From an uncultured Solirubrobacterales bacterium (GTDB taxonomy: Bacteria; Actinomycetota; Thermoleophilia; Solirubrobacterales; Solirubrobacteraceae): a stretch of 64,000 bases of DNA. The stretch is from positions 169,956 to 233,955 of the forward strand of contig CAVZJR010000001.1 of the NCBI GenBank assembly GCA_963775645.1, in the 5' to 3' direction. The translations under genes and the position numbers were made by a program. Position 1 is the stretch's first letter, and every line of letters starts with the position of its first letter. The notes beneath the pieces are model-generated. The model was not told where the DNA came from and searched no databases. It was given only the letters and a program-made list of their open reading frames with translations. Shown here piece after piece: positions 10,520 to 20,577 of the stretch.

Positions 10520-11787
10520 CTACCCCCAAAGGACGGCAATTGGGGCGGCCATAATCTTCTCTTCGAGTTCGTACGCTCGTGGACCTGTGTGCAGGACGAT
10601 GCCGGCGATAAAGCGCTCGCCGAGTTCCTCACGCAGCCAGCGAAGATGCTTGGCGTCCTCGCTTGCGGTCGGGGCAGCGCTGGCCTTGATCTCTATACCG
10701 ACGACCCTTTGCCCCCCAGCTCCGCGATCAGATCGATCTCATGTCTTCCTTGCTCGGTGCGCAGGTGGTGCAATCGCGGTCGCGAAGCGGACATCGCGAT
10801 CGTCGAACGTATCTGTGCCGTGACGAACGTGTCGAGAATGCGTCCCAGCAGATCGCCGTCGTCGATCACCCCCTGCTCGTCGAGTCGCAACGCCGTCGCG
10901 ATCAATGCCGCGTCGATCAGGTAGCGCTTGGGTCGATGAGCGAGTCGCTTGAGCCGGTTCGACGTCCACGAAGGTACATTCTCGGCGATCAGCAGACCGG
11001 CAAGCAGATCGTCATATGAGGCGGCCGTCGCCTTGTTGACTTGAGCGGCGTCATAAATCGTCTTGTGCTCGGCGACACCGGCCGAGTTGAGCGCATACGC
11101 CTGCAGGTAACGGCGCAGACGCTGCGTATCCCGCCTCCTGCCCAAATGCCCTTCAAGTTGCTCCACGTCATGGCTGAGCAGGTCCTCAATGTAGCTCTCG
11201 AGCCACAGCTCTCGGGCACGACCAGTCAGTCGCAGACTCGCGTCGGGGAAACCGCTGCGCAGGGCAAGCTCTATGTAGCCGCGCAGATCCGGACAATCCT
11301 TTGGAACCGTAAGCTCCTCGCCGCTCGCGAGCTTGTCGAGTAGGGACGGACCTCCGCGACCTAGCTGCTCTGCCACCGTCATCGGATACATCGTCAGACG
11401 TACGATGCGACCAGTGCCTGGCCAGACCTCATGTTCGGACTCAGCGCGGACGGAGCCTGTGACATAGAAGCGATTTGGGCGAGGATTAGCTTCGACGGCG
11501 CGCCTGACCGCACCGAGAACTCCAGGTACACGCTGCCACTCGTCGAGGAGCACCGGCTCCGGTAGACCGCGCAGCGCCACATCCGGATCTGCTTCGAAGG
11601 CCGTCGCGCCTGCCTGCCTATCAAGCCTGACGACCGTTGCCGCACGTCGTTCCAAGGTGGTCGTCTTGCCGGACGCGCGGGGACCGAGTACAAGGATCGC
11701 GGGGAGCTGCTCGAGCAGCTCGTCCAACAATGGGTCGACCAGACGCTCCCGATATCGTATCGAAGTGGGACTAACCATCACACGCAC
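10520..11787 (-). CDS. AAA_14 + DUF4143 ATP-binding protein (one frameshift near 10710)
   Basis: GPRASGKTT, LLDEWQ, VTGS, HRPKRYLIDAAL, HEIDLI; C-terminus (GIEIKAS..APIAVLWG*) continues in another frame to TAG at 10520. Confidence 0.85.
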
Positions 11788-11871
11788 TATATAATAGCTG
11801 TTTCACGCAGCTGATACTAGCCACTAGGCGCAACGAAGCAAGCCCTGGCATGCCCTGCGGAAGATCACACG

Positions 11872-12360
11872 ATGATCCTGGCGGCAATAATCGGCTTCTA
11901 TCTCGCCGACCGCCAAGCGCAGAGCTCACACGTGCGCCTTACCGCGGACCAGGTTCTACAGGCGTGCGGCGATCATGCATTACCTGCACTACTAGTCCTG
12001 CGCTCCAGGCACATGCTGAGGCACCTCGTCACCGCCATCGGCAAGGCACTACTCGCAAGCCTCTCCCAAACAGAACAAAAAGCCCTCATCGCCCTACTCA
12101 CACTCGAACAAGAAGGACCCAACACCATCAAAACCAAGAAACACCTCGTCGAAGAGCTCAACGAAATACGCACCACAGGAATCGCCACCTGCAACCAAGA
12201 GCAAGCCTGGGGAATCAGATCAATCGCCACACACATACCCCAACCAGGACGCTCAAGACCACTAGCAATCAGCATCACCACACCAGCCACCCAACACACC
12301 ACCCACACACTCACAAACACCTACACCACACCACTCACACACGCAGCACAACACATCTAA
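11872..12360 (+). pseudogene. IclR C-terminal fragment (copy 3) fused to unrelated upstream sequence
   Basis: No HTH; identity to copy 1 starts abruptly at 12030. Confidence 0.8.
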
Positions 12361-12753
12361 ACCACCAGAACCCACACCAACCCTCACGGCGGGCACGGAC
12401 GCCCGCCCCCACCGGCGCCAGGCCCCACCACAACCCGCGCGGACGCGACCCAAAAGAACACGCACCCGAGCCCCGCGGGCGTTTGAAAGACGCAGCTCGC
12501 CCGCAGCCTCGAACCCGATTCATAGGTCATCGATCATGGCCAGGACGCCGTCGTATGGCGTTGCTATCGACTGTCCATTCGATCGCGCACGGCCTGGAGG
12601 AACCTCGCAACCCTACCAACACGCAAACGCGGCGCCAGCACGGCTCGCGGAACAAATGATGCACAGATCGCGGAAAATATGAGCTACGTCCTGCGGAAAA
12701 ACGGATAAGCTGTGCCCGCGCGCCAATTGGCAGCGGGCTAATGGACATGCGCC

Positions 12754-12792
12754 CATCTCGGCGCATGATGCGCCGCCAAGGGTGCATATAAT
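12754..12792 (+). promoter_or_regulatory. Palindromic operator-like site plus TATAAT -10 box (probable leaderless promoter)
   Basis: catctcggcgcatgatgcgccg at 12754..12775; TATAAT at 12787..12792, 6 nt before ATG 12799. Confidence 0.55.
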
Positions 12793-12798
12793 GCCCGG

Positions 12799-13974
12799 AT
12801 GCCCAGACAGCGCAGCAGCGACCTATTCCCCACCGACCAGCCGATCCCGGCCAGCCAGATGATCGGCCGCGCAACCGACGTGCGCGAGATCGCCTCGACG
12901 CTAGCGGGCGGATCAAGCGTGATATTGGCGGGCGCGCGCCGTACCGGCAAGACGAGCGTCTGCGACGCGGTGCTCGGACGGTTGGCCAGGCGTGGCTACT
13001 ACACGATCTCGATCGACCTCTTCCGCATCGCCACCGCGGCGGAGCTTGCCGAATCTTTGGTCGCAGCCACACTCTCCAATCGATCGGCCTTGCGACGGGC
13101 TTTGCACCAGACCCGCCGCGCTGGGCGCTTTGTGGCCGACGCGCTTCAGACATCGGCTGTCCTGAAGTCCAAGGCCCAGCTGGGGGAGGAGCTCGAGATC
13201 GCGTTCAGTCCGGGGCTTGCCACACGAGACCCGGAGCGCTATCTCGACTACGCGCTCTCTCTACCCGCCCGTATCGCGGCGACCGACAATAAGGAGGCGA
13301 TCCTCTTCTTCGATGAGTTTCAGGAGATCGCGAGCCCCCAACAGCCCTATGGCGATCCGGATCGTCTGACCAAGCGCATGCGCGCGATCTTCCAGCGCTC
13401 AGGCGGGGTCAGTTATCTCTTTGCGGGCAGCCTCGAGCACCTGATGCGAGACCTCTTCACCCCCTCCCAACGGGCGCTCCACCAATTCGGCGGCTTTCAC
13501 GACCTACGCCCGATCGACGCCGAGACCTGGGAGGCAGGGCTGGCCGAGCGCTTCCACGCCGACGACTGCGTGCTGGAGCCGGGCGCCCTCCCGAGGATCG
13601 TGGAGTACGGCGAGCTGCATCCCCGCACAACTATGCTGATCGCCCAGAAGTGCCACTTGGCAAGTGTCGAATTGGACACCCACCACATCGACATGCCTTT
13701 GGTAGACCAAGGCCTGCTCAGTGCCTTGTCCGCCGACAGGGTAAGCCACGAGCAGACCGTCGAGCGGATCCGCCGCCTGCACAAGCTCGGCCTGGTGGTC
13801 GCCGAGCGCCTCGCCCGCGGCGAGCAGGTGTACCCCGGCTTGCCCCGCGGAGCCGTGCGGCGCGCTTTGGAAGCGCTCCGCGAAGCCGCCATCATCGAAA
13901 GCAGAGGCCGCGCAGACTGGCGATTCGCAAGCCCGCTCCTGCGCCGCTACCTCGCCGGCATCGGCCTCTTCTGA
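12799..13974 (+). CDS. AAA ATPase (archaeal-ATPase-like) with C-terminal wHTH
   Basis: MIGR, GARRTGKTS, LFFDEFQ, FAGS, terminal WRFASPLLRRYL. Confidence 0.85.
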   Translation: MPRQRSSDLFPTDQPIPASQMIGRATDVREIASTLAGGSSVILAGARRTGKTSVCDAVLGRLARRGYYTISIDLFRIATAAELAESLVAATLSNRSALRRALHQTRRAGRFVADALQTSAVLKSKAQLGEELEIAFSPGLATRDPERYLDYALSLPARIAATDNKEAILFFDEFQEIASPQQPYGDPDRLTKRMRAIFQRSGGVSYLFAGSLEHLMRDLFTPSQRALHQFGGFHDLRPIDAETWEAGLAERFHADDCVLEPGALPRIVEYGELHPRTTMLIAQKCHLASVELDTHHIDMPLVDQGLLSALSADRVSHEQTVERIRRLHKLGLVVAERLARGEQVYPGLPRGAVRRALEALREAAIIESRGRADWRFASPLLRRYLAGIGLF

Positions 13975-13984
13975 GATATGTCCG

Positions 13985-14010
13985 CATCTCGGCGCATGAT
14001 GCGCCGAGAT
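13985..14010. repeat. Second copy of the 22-bp motif, forming a perfect 12-bp inverted repeat
   Basis: atctcggcgcat-g-atgcgccgagat. Confidence 0.85.
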
Positions 14011-14042
14011 TGGCGCATCATCGATCCCGGCCAACGGGGTCC

Positions 14043-14474
14043 TTAGGAGCTCAGCTCTCGCTCATCCAGATCGTCGGGGAGCGGCACCTCTTGCGGCGCC
14101 GCACCGCGCTCGTCCTCCCAGGACGCGAACGCCTCTCCATCTCGACCTATGTGCTCGCCGTCGCCGCCAAGCGCAAGCAGAACCACCCGGTCTGACCCAC
14201 GATTGACCAGCTGACGACGCAGCCGCGGCGCAACACGAATCAGCTCGCCCTGCCCGAGCTCGATCGGCTCGCCCTCGACCAGCAGGCTCAGCCGACCCTC
14301 CACCACAAGGTAGACCTCCTCCTGGCGGTGGTGCCGGTGAATGCGACCACGCTGGCCGGGCTGCAGCACGAGCTGGTTGAGCCCAAAGGCGCTGACCCCC
14401 AGCTGGCGGCGCAGCGCCACAAAGCGCTCGTCGGTGTCCAGGTCAAGGCGGGTACGTGCGATGCCGTCCTGCAT
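14043..14474 (-). CDS. Cupin domain protein
   Basis: HRHHRQEEVYLVVEG motif. Confidence 0.85.
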   Translation of the reverse strand: MQDGIARTRLDLDTDERFVALRRQLGVSAFGLNQLVLQPGQRGRIHRHHRQEEVYLVVEGRLSLLVEGEPIELGQGELIRVAPRLRRQLVNRGSDRVVLLALGGDGEHIGRDGEAFASWEDERGAAPQEVPLPDDLDERELSS

Positions 14475-14620
14475 GCGGGGATCTTTACACGAGCCAAGCC
14501 ACAAGCGGCGCGGCGGGGGTGCTCCCAATTGGCGAGCAGCTCGTGACGGTGCAGAGCTGTCCGACGAATTTTGCATCACCCCCTTGCATCTCTACATAAA
14601 GTTGATAAGCTTAGTGAGGA

Positions 14621-14827
14621 ATGATGATCCTCCTACTTGTCATCCCTGTTTGGGGCTTCTTGCTCGTGCTGACGCTCACGGTATGCGCGACAGCACGGCG
14701 AGGGGACTCCGACTGGAGAGCGGTCGGTGCAGCGCAGGCCGACCGCTCTCCGCGCCTACCTCTCTCCCAGGCGCCCGCAGAGCAAGGGCAGCCATCCGCC
14801 AAAGACACGCGGCGGGTGGCTGCCTAG
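14621..14827 (+). CDS. Small membrane protein
   Basis: GAGGA RBS; N-terminal TM followed by CATARRGD. Confidence 0.55.
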   Translation: MMILLLVIPVWGFLLVLTLTVCATARRGDSDWRAVGAAQADRSPRLPLSQAPAEQGQPSAKDTRRVAA

Positions 14828-14873
14828 CTCTGGCCTCGAACCTGGAGCCACCCATTCCAAGTAACCTCACGGA

Positions 14874-16944
14874 GTGCCGGTGGGAGCGCTCCAAAGCACA
14901 ACCGCGGCGCTGGATGCGCCTCTGAGCGAAACCGCTTCGCGCTCGACCTTGGAGCGGGTCGGCTGGGTCGCCTTGATCGCGCTGGCGCCCGGCCACGCTG
15001 ATCTACCTGAGCTTCGAAGCGGGTGGCTACTTCCCGAGCGCTCCTGGGTACGTGGCGATCGTGCTGGCCGGGGCGCTCGTGCTGAGCACCACTTTGGCCG
15101 AGCGCCCATTCGAGGGGCTTGACCGCTCGCTGGCGATCCCACTTGGGGGCCTTGGTCCTATATGCGGCCTTCACGCTGGCCTCGGCGGGGTGGTCTCAGG
15201 CCACGGCCCACACCTTGGACGCCTACTCGCGCGTGCTGCTCTATGTGCTGGCCTTCTTGTTGTTGGCTCGGTCAGATACACGCGCGTCGAGGGCCGCTTG
15301 GCTGGTGAAGGCGGTGGCGGGCGGACTGGCGGTGGTCTGCCTGGTGGGGCTGGTCTCGCGCGTGCTGCCCCACACGTGGCCGACGGCGACCAGCTTCTAT
15401 GCAGACCGCTTGAACTATCCGCTGACCTACTGGAACGCGGAGGGGATGGTGGCCGCGATCGTGCTGATCTTGGGCTTCCACCTGAGCGCCGACCGAGCCG
15501 AGCACCCGGCGGTCAAGGTGATCGCGGCAGCCGTCTTGCCGGGCGTGGGGGCGGCCTTGCTGCTGACCTTCTCGCGCGGGGCGCTGGGGGTGGCGGGGAT
15601 CGGGCTGATCGCCTACTGCCTGCTGACCCGCTTCTCGACCTTGCCGACGGCCCTGCTGGCGGCGGTCCCGGCCACGGCGATCGCGATGCGCTCGGCTTGG
15701 GACGCTACCGAGCTGGCGAGCAAGCATCCGACCGACGCGCTGGCGGTCTCCCAGGGCCATCACGTGGCGGTCGTCGTGGCGCTCTGCATGGTGGGCGCAG
15801 GCGCATTGCGGGCCGTGCTGCTGTTGGCCGACCACCAGATCGGATCGCTCCCCGTGGTGCGCGAACCACCGCGCTTGGCGGTCAGGGCCGGCGTGGGCGC
15901 GGCGGTCGGCGTGGTCGTGGTGGTCGTGGCGCTCGCACTCGGCGCGGGGGGCTTTGCGAACAGGGAGTACGACAAATTCGTGCATGGCACCCACGAAGCC
16001 CACAAGATCCAGACCAGAGACCGGCTCACCGACCCGGCCAACGACGGCCGCTTGCCGCTGTGGCGCGTGGCTTTGGACATCTATAGGACCCAAAAGCTGA
16101 GGGGCACGGGCGCGGGCACCTACCAGCAGTACTACCCGCGCTACCGCACCGAAAAAGGCTATGTGGTCGATGCCCATTCGCTCTACCTGCAAAGCCTGGC
16201 GGAGCTGGGGATCGTGGGTTTCGTGTTGATCGGGATCGTCGTGCTGGGCATGCTCGTGGGCTTGGCCGCGCGCATCCGCGGGCCAGACCGCGGGATCTTC
16301 GCCGCCCTGTTCGCGCTGGTCTTGGCTTGGGCGGTCCACCAAGGGTTCGACTGGGATTGGCAGATGCCCGCCGTGACACTTGGCGTGTTCATGCTTGCGG
16401 GGCTTGGCTTGGCGCGCCGCGAAGACGGCAAAGCGGGTCTTGCGGGCCTGCCGGCCGGGCGCACGCTCTGATCGCAATCGGATGGCTTGTGTTGGCTGTG
16501 ACTCCCCTGCTCGTGGCCACCTCCTATGCGCGCCTGCATACGGCCGGCCAGGAGCTGTTGCATGGCGAATGCGCGAGCGCCAAGGAAGAGGCGCTGTCCT
16601 CGCTGTCGCTGTCGGCCAAGCGCCCGCAGGCCTATACGATCGTGGGCATCTGCGACCTCAAGCAGGGCTATGCCCAGGCGGCTGTGCCGGCGATGAGCCA
16701 GGCGGCGAGCTTGGAACCGCAGAGCTGGGAACAGTGGTTCTGGCTGGCCGTCGCCAAGGCAGGCGCAGGCGTGGACCCGCACGGAGCGATCGACCGCGCG
16801 ATCGCGCTGAACCCGCTTGAGGGGGGCCTCAGACACGCGGCACGGATCTTGCGCGGGCACGACCCCCGCGTGTGGGAAAGGGCGGCCCCGCGCTTGCGCA
16901 TCGAAGCGCTGACCTCGGGCAAGTTCGCGATCACCAACCTCTGA
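14874..16944 (+). CDS. O-antigen ligase (Wzy_C) family protein with TPR-like tail, split by indels
   Basis: RLNYPLTYWNA, TFSRG, GTGAGTY, DAHSLYLQSLAELG, HQGFDWDW; pieces lie in several frames. Confidence 0.8.
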
Positions 16945-17124
16945 GCAAGGCCCCACGCGCGCGTAGGCACCACCTTGGCGCGCACATACCACCCGCCCCA
17001 CCACCCGGCCGGTGGGGGCGCAGCAAACATTTTGTTGCGCATGTCGGAAAAACTGGCGCTCGTTCGTATAGGGCCATAACGAGACTTCCCTCAGCAAACC
17101 GACTCAGGAGGCCAGGAAACCAAA

Positions 17125-17873
17125 ATGCCGCGCAAAGACGACGCACACATGGATGAGTTGGAGGGCGTCGCTAAGCGCCTGCGCGATGAGCGCCCCCAGG
17201 CCAGCCCGCTTGACCTCGACCGCATCAAGACCACGGCCATGGCTCGCGCCAAGTCCGGCGCCAAGGGCGGCAGGGCCGGTGCCCGCAGGCTAGCGGTGGC
17301 CGGTCTGACCGTTGGCCTCTTGGTCGCCACAACCGGGGGCGTGCTCGCCGGTGAGGGCGGTCACGGCAAAAGCAAAGGCAACGGCGGCGGCAACGCAGCC
17401 AACGCTCAGTACGGCGGCGAATGCAACATCAAAACGGCAGCGGCAACGTCGGTGATAACAACGGGCAGGGCTCCGAAAACAACGCCTGCAACGAAAACAC
17501 CTTCATCACCGAAACGATCACCGAAAACAACAGCTCGACGAACAACACGACGAACAACATCACCAACAACTACAACTCGTCGACGGTGACGGTCGCCGGC
17601 CCCGCCAACAGCGGCGTGCTGGCAGCCAGCACGACCAAGAAAGCCACGACCAGCAGCAAGCACATCAAAATCCACATCAACCTGCCGGGCAAATCCAAGC
17701 TCCGCCGGGTCACGCTGAAGGTCAACGGCAAAATCGTGTCGGTGCTCAAGGGCAAAAAGGCCTCGAAGAACATCACGCTCGTGAGCCTGCCCTGCTCGGC
17801 CAAAGTCACGATCACCGCAGTCACGGCCAGCGGCAAAACGGTCACGCAGTCCCACACCTACAACCTCTGCTAG
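17125..17873 (+). CDS. Membrane-anchored Asn/Thr-rich protein, possible anti-sigma factor (frameshift ~17430)
   Basis: Short cytoplasmic N-terminus, TM, Asn/Thr linker, Lys-rich beta domain; ORFs 17125..17589 + 17421..17873. Confidence 0.55.
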
Positions 17874-17929
17874 GGACGCGGCAGTAGGACAAGTACGGGT
17901 GGAGCACATCGCTCACATGAGGCACAGGC

Positions 17930-17960
17930 AAGGGCCCCGGGATCGACTCCCGGGGCCCTT
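17930..17960 (+). terminator. GC-rich hairpin, probable terminator
   Basis: aagggccccggga-tcgac-tcccggggccctt. Confidence 0.65.
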
Positions 17961-18026
17961 GTGCCCATCCACACCGATGTTGCAAGACAGCCGATCACTT
18001 CGCCGGCGCACACGCAAGGAGAGCCA

Positions 18027-18587
18027 ATGGCCCACGAACTGACACCCAGGACCCCGGCTCGTCTCGGCACGGGCCAACCCGCCAGAATGGGGTTGCGCAT
18101 GAAAGCGGACAACTTCGAGAGGCTGTTCGAGGAGCACTCCGAGCGGCTGTATGCCTTCTTCGCCTACCACACCGGCAACCGGACGTTGGCCGAGGACCTA
18201 TTGTCGGAGACTTTCGAGCGCGTGTTGCGCTCACGCGGGCGCTTCGACCCGCGCAAGGGCAGCGAGCGGCGCTGGCTCTACACGATCGCTCTGAACCTAT
18301 TGCGCGACAACGCGCGGCGCAAGACCCACGAAGACAGGGCCCTGCAGCACGTGGGTGCGGGCACGGCCGAAGAGCAAGCCGACCCGGCCTTGAGCGCGGT
18401 GGAGCAGCGCGACGAGCTGCAAAGAGCCTTGTTGGCGCTCAACGAAGACGAGCGCGAGGCACTGGCCCTGCGGTTCGGTGCTGATCTGAAGCTGCGTGAG
18501 GTTGCCGGCGTACTCGGCGAGGGCGAGAGCGCCATCGAGGGCCGCATCTATAGGGCCCTGGGCAAGTTGCGCAAAGAGCTCGACTGA
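18027..18587 (+). CDS. ECF sigma-70 factor
   Basis: AEDLLSETF, WLYTIALN, region 4 LREVAGVLG..RIYRAL; AAGGAG before ATG 18027. Confidence 0.9.
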   Translation: MAHELTPRTPARLGTGQPARMGLRMKADNFERLFEEHSERLYAFFAYHTGNRTLAEDLLSETFERVLRSRGRFDPRKGSERRWLYTIALNLLRDNARRKTHEDRALQHVGAGTAEEQADPALSAVEQRDELQRALLALNEDEREALALRFGADLKLREVAGVLGEGESAIEGRIYRALGKLRKELD

Positions 18588-18676
18588 CGCCTCTCCGGGC
18601 CGGGGATCGCTGGACGGGGCCCCGGAGTCGCTAGACCCGGGGGGCATCACGGCAGCACACGGGCATCACAGCAGCA

Positions 18677-18709
18677 GACAGCACGACAGCACGACAGCAC
18701 GACAGCACG
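18677..18709. repeat. 8-bp tandem repeat (gacagcac)x4
   Basis: Read directly between convergent genes. Confidence 0.9.
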
Positions 18710-19102
18710 CTAAGGAGCTACGCAGCAGCCTTTGATCGTGAGCACGCCCCGCAAGGGCTTGCCTTCGGGCTGGCCGGAACCGAAGATCGAAAGGTCGCCG
18801 CGCACGAGGACGCGATAGCGCACACGGGGTAGGCGGGGATAGCGCACCACGCACGTCCAAGGGTTGGCCAAGGCGCCGGAGCCGCCTGCCACACAATGGG
18901 CGGCCTTGGCCCGACCGGCGTAGCCGGGGCGAGGGTCGCTCGTGGTAGCGACCAGGCTCGCCAGCTGGACAGAGCCGACCGGCGCGAGAGACTGCTGGGC
19001 GGAGACGAACTGGGTGGGCGCTTCGTGTCCGTGCACGGCCACCACCGTGCCAGCCAAGCCCACCAGCAAGATCGCGGCGACGATCAACCAAGCGAATCTC
19101 AT
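18710..19102 (-). CDS. Secreted hypothetical protein
   Basis: GGAGG RBS, signal peptide, Cys residues. Confidence 0.55.
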   Translation of the reverse strand: MRFAWLIVAAILLVGLAGTVVAVHGHEAPTQFVSAQQSLAPVGSVQLASLVATTSDPRPGYAGRAKAAHCVAGGSGALANPWTCVVRYPRLPRVRYRVLVRGDLSIFGSGQPEGKPLRGVLTIKGCCVAP

Positions 19103-19224
19103 GCGCAATCCTCCACCATCGCGCCAAGCATAAAGCCGCAAGGCCGCTAGGGTGCATCCCTGCAACCGCGCATAAGCAAGCCAAACCCCTAAAACAAGAG
19201 CGCCGCTCGGCCGATAGGCCAAGC

Positions 19225-20030
19225 ATGAACCGCTCCCGGGCACTTCTTATGGCAACGATCTTGAGCATCGCCTGCGCCGCGATCCCTGCCAGGGCGCTCG
19301 CACAGAGGACGGACCGGCGCCATGGCAAGCATGTGCGTGTCGCTTGCACAGCCAAGACCAAAGACAAGCGCCACGGCAAGCATGCAGCCAAGGGCGCCCG
19401 CAAGTGCGTGCGTCGGGCCAAGCACGCCCAGGGCGCCCGCTCGGCCAAGCACGCCCAGGCGCCCTCGGCCAAGCAGCCAAGCCAGACCAAGGAAACGACA
19501 GGTGCATGTGGTCCCCTCGACCGCGGCCACGATCGCGAAGGTGCTGGGGGCGACTTGCGAAAACACCGAACTGATGCCTGAAGCGGGCAACTTGGAAGCG
19601 GTCGAGCAGGGCACCCTATGTTTGGTCAACCAGGTGAGAGCCCGTAACGGGGAGCTGCCTTTGCAAGTCAACGCGGAGCTGGCTCAGGCCGCCGAAGGGC
19701 ATTCTCAGGAAATGGTGCAGGACGACTACTTCGCCCACGTCTCCCCTGGGGGCGAGACCCCGTTGCAGCGGATCGAAGCGAGCGGCTACATCCCCAACGA
19801 CCAGGTGGGTTATACACTCGGCGAGAACATCGCCTGGGGCACTCAGTACCTAGCGACCCCGAAGGCAATCGTGGCGGCCTGGACTGCCTCGCCGGAGCAT
19901 CTGGCCAACATCCTTAATGGGGCTTACACCGAAACGGGGCTAGGTGTGGCGCCTGCCGCACCGCCTTCCTTGCCGAAGGCCAACCAGGGGCGATTTATCG
20001 CAGGAGTTCGGCGTTATCGAAGCCTGATTC
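19225..20030 (+). CDS. CAP (SCP/PR-1) domain protein, frameshifted
   Basis: CLVNQVR, HSQEM..YFAH, GENIAWG, WTASPEHLANILN, QEFG. Confidence 0.85.
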
Positions 20031-20101
20031 CAGCCCACCGCCCTTGGTGCAACGAGTTCGGCGTTATCGAAACCCGATTCCGGGGCACCTCCCCTGGTGC
20101 A
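20004..20101 (+). repeat. ~50-bp imperfect tandem duplication of the CAP gene 3' end
   Basis: gagttcggcgttatcgaa at 20004 and 20054; each unit ends with tggtgca. Confidence 0.85.
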
Positions 20102-20577
20102 TCGGCTGGCCTACCCGATCCTGATCAGGCCTGAAACAACACAATTAAGGCCCTCGTTGCGATCCGCGAGCGCGACTTGGGTGTTAGAGCAGATAGAGCC
20201 GGTAATCACAAGTTGGACAGGGGTCGGGAAGTATTGGACATATGTTCGGTCTGGCGCGTCGGGTATCAATAGAGACATATGTCCGACATAAGGGGCAAGG
20301 GCGTGTAGTCCTAAAAGGGCAATCACTGTCGGGCCGGCTGGGCAATCGTCGTATCGGAGCTTTACGGAATCACCGAGGAATCGAAGCGAATCAACGAAAT
20401 AGGACCAATGCCGAATGACCATCTGTTGATCTCGCTCATCTGGTTTGGCTGCCTGGCAGCGCTCGTGTGCTCTTGCGAAGCGTCCGCGAGCGGATCCCGC
20501 GAGCGCCGAGCGTTCGCCACGCCTGCTCAAAGAGGACCCGCGGGGACTTCGAGGCGGCGATCGGGGAGATACTTGCC

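Larger units (their letters stand above)
2544..12363 (+). repeat. Three direct copies of IclR DNA: 2544..3333, 9724..10508, 12030..12363
   Basis: 3000..3333 matches 12030..12363; copies 1 and 2 appear identical from ~2955/10135 to the stop codon. Confidence 0.95.

Noticed and set aside
2544-12363. IclR copies as DGR template/variable repeats
   Set aside because: Differences are not adenine-specific, the 3' part is invariant, and no reverse transcriptase is seen in the window.
15272-16477. Long antisense or alternate-frame ORFs (also 26160..27398, 43889..45046, 46850..47905)
   Set aside because: Shadow ORFs typical of high-GC DNA, overlapping better-supported genes.
18677-18709. Phase-variable regulatory repeat
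   Set aside because: Lies between convergent 3' ends, not in a promoter or credible CDS.
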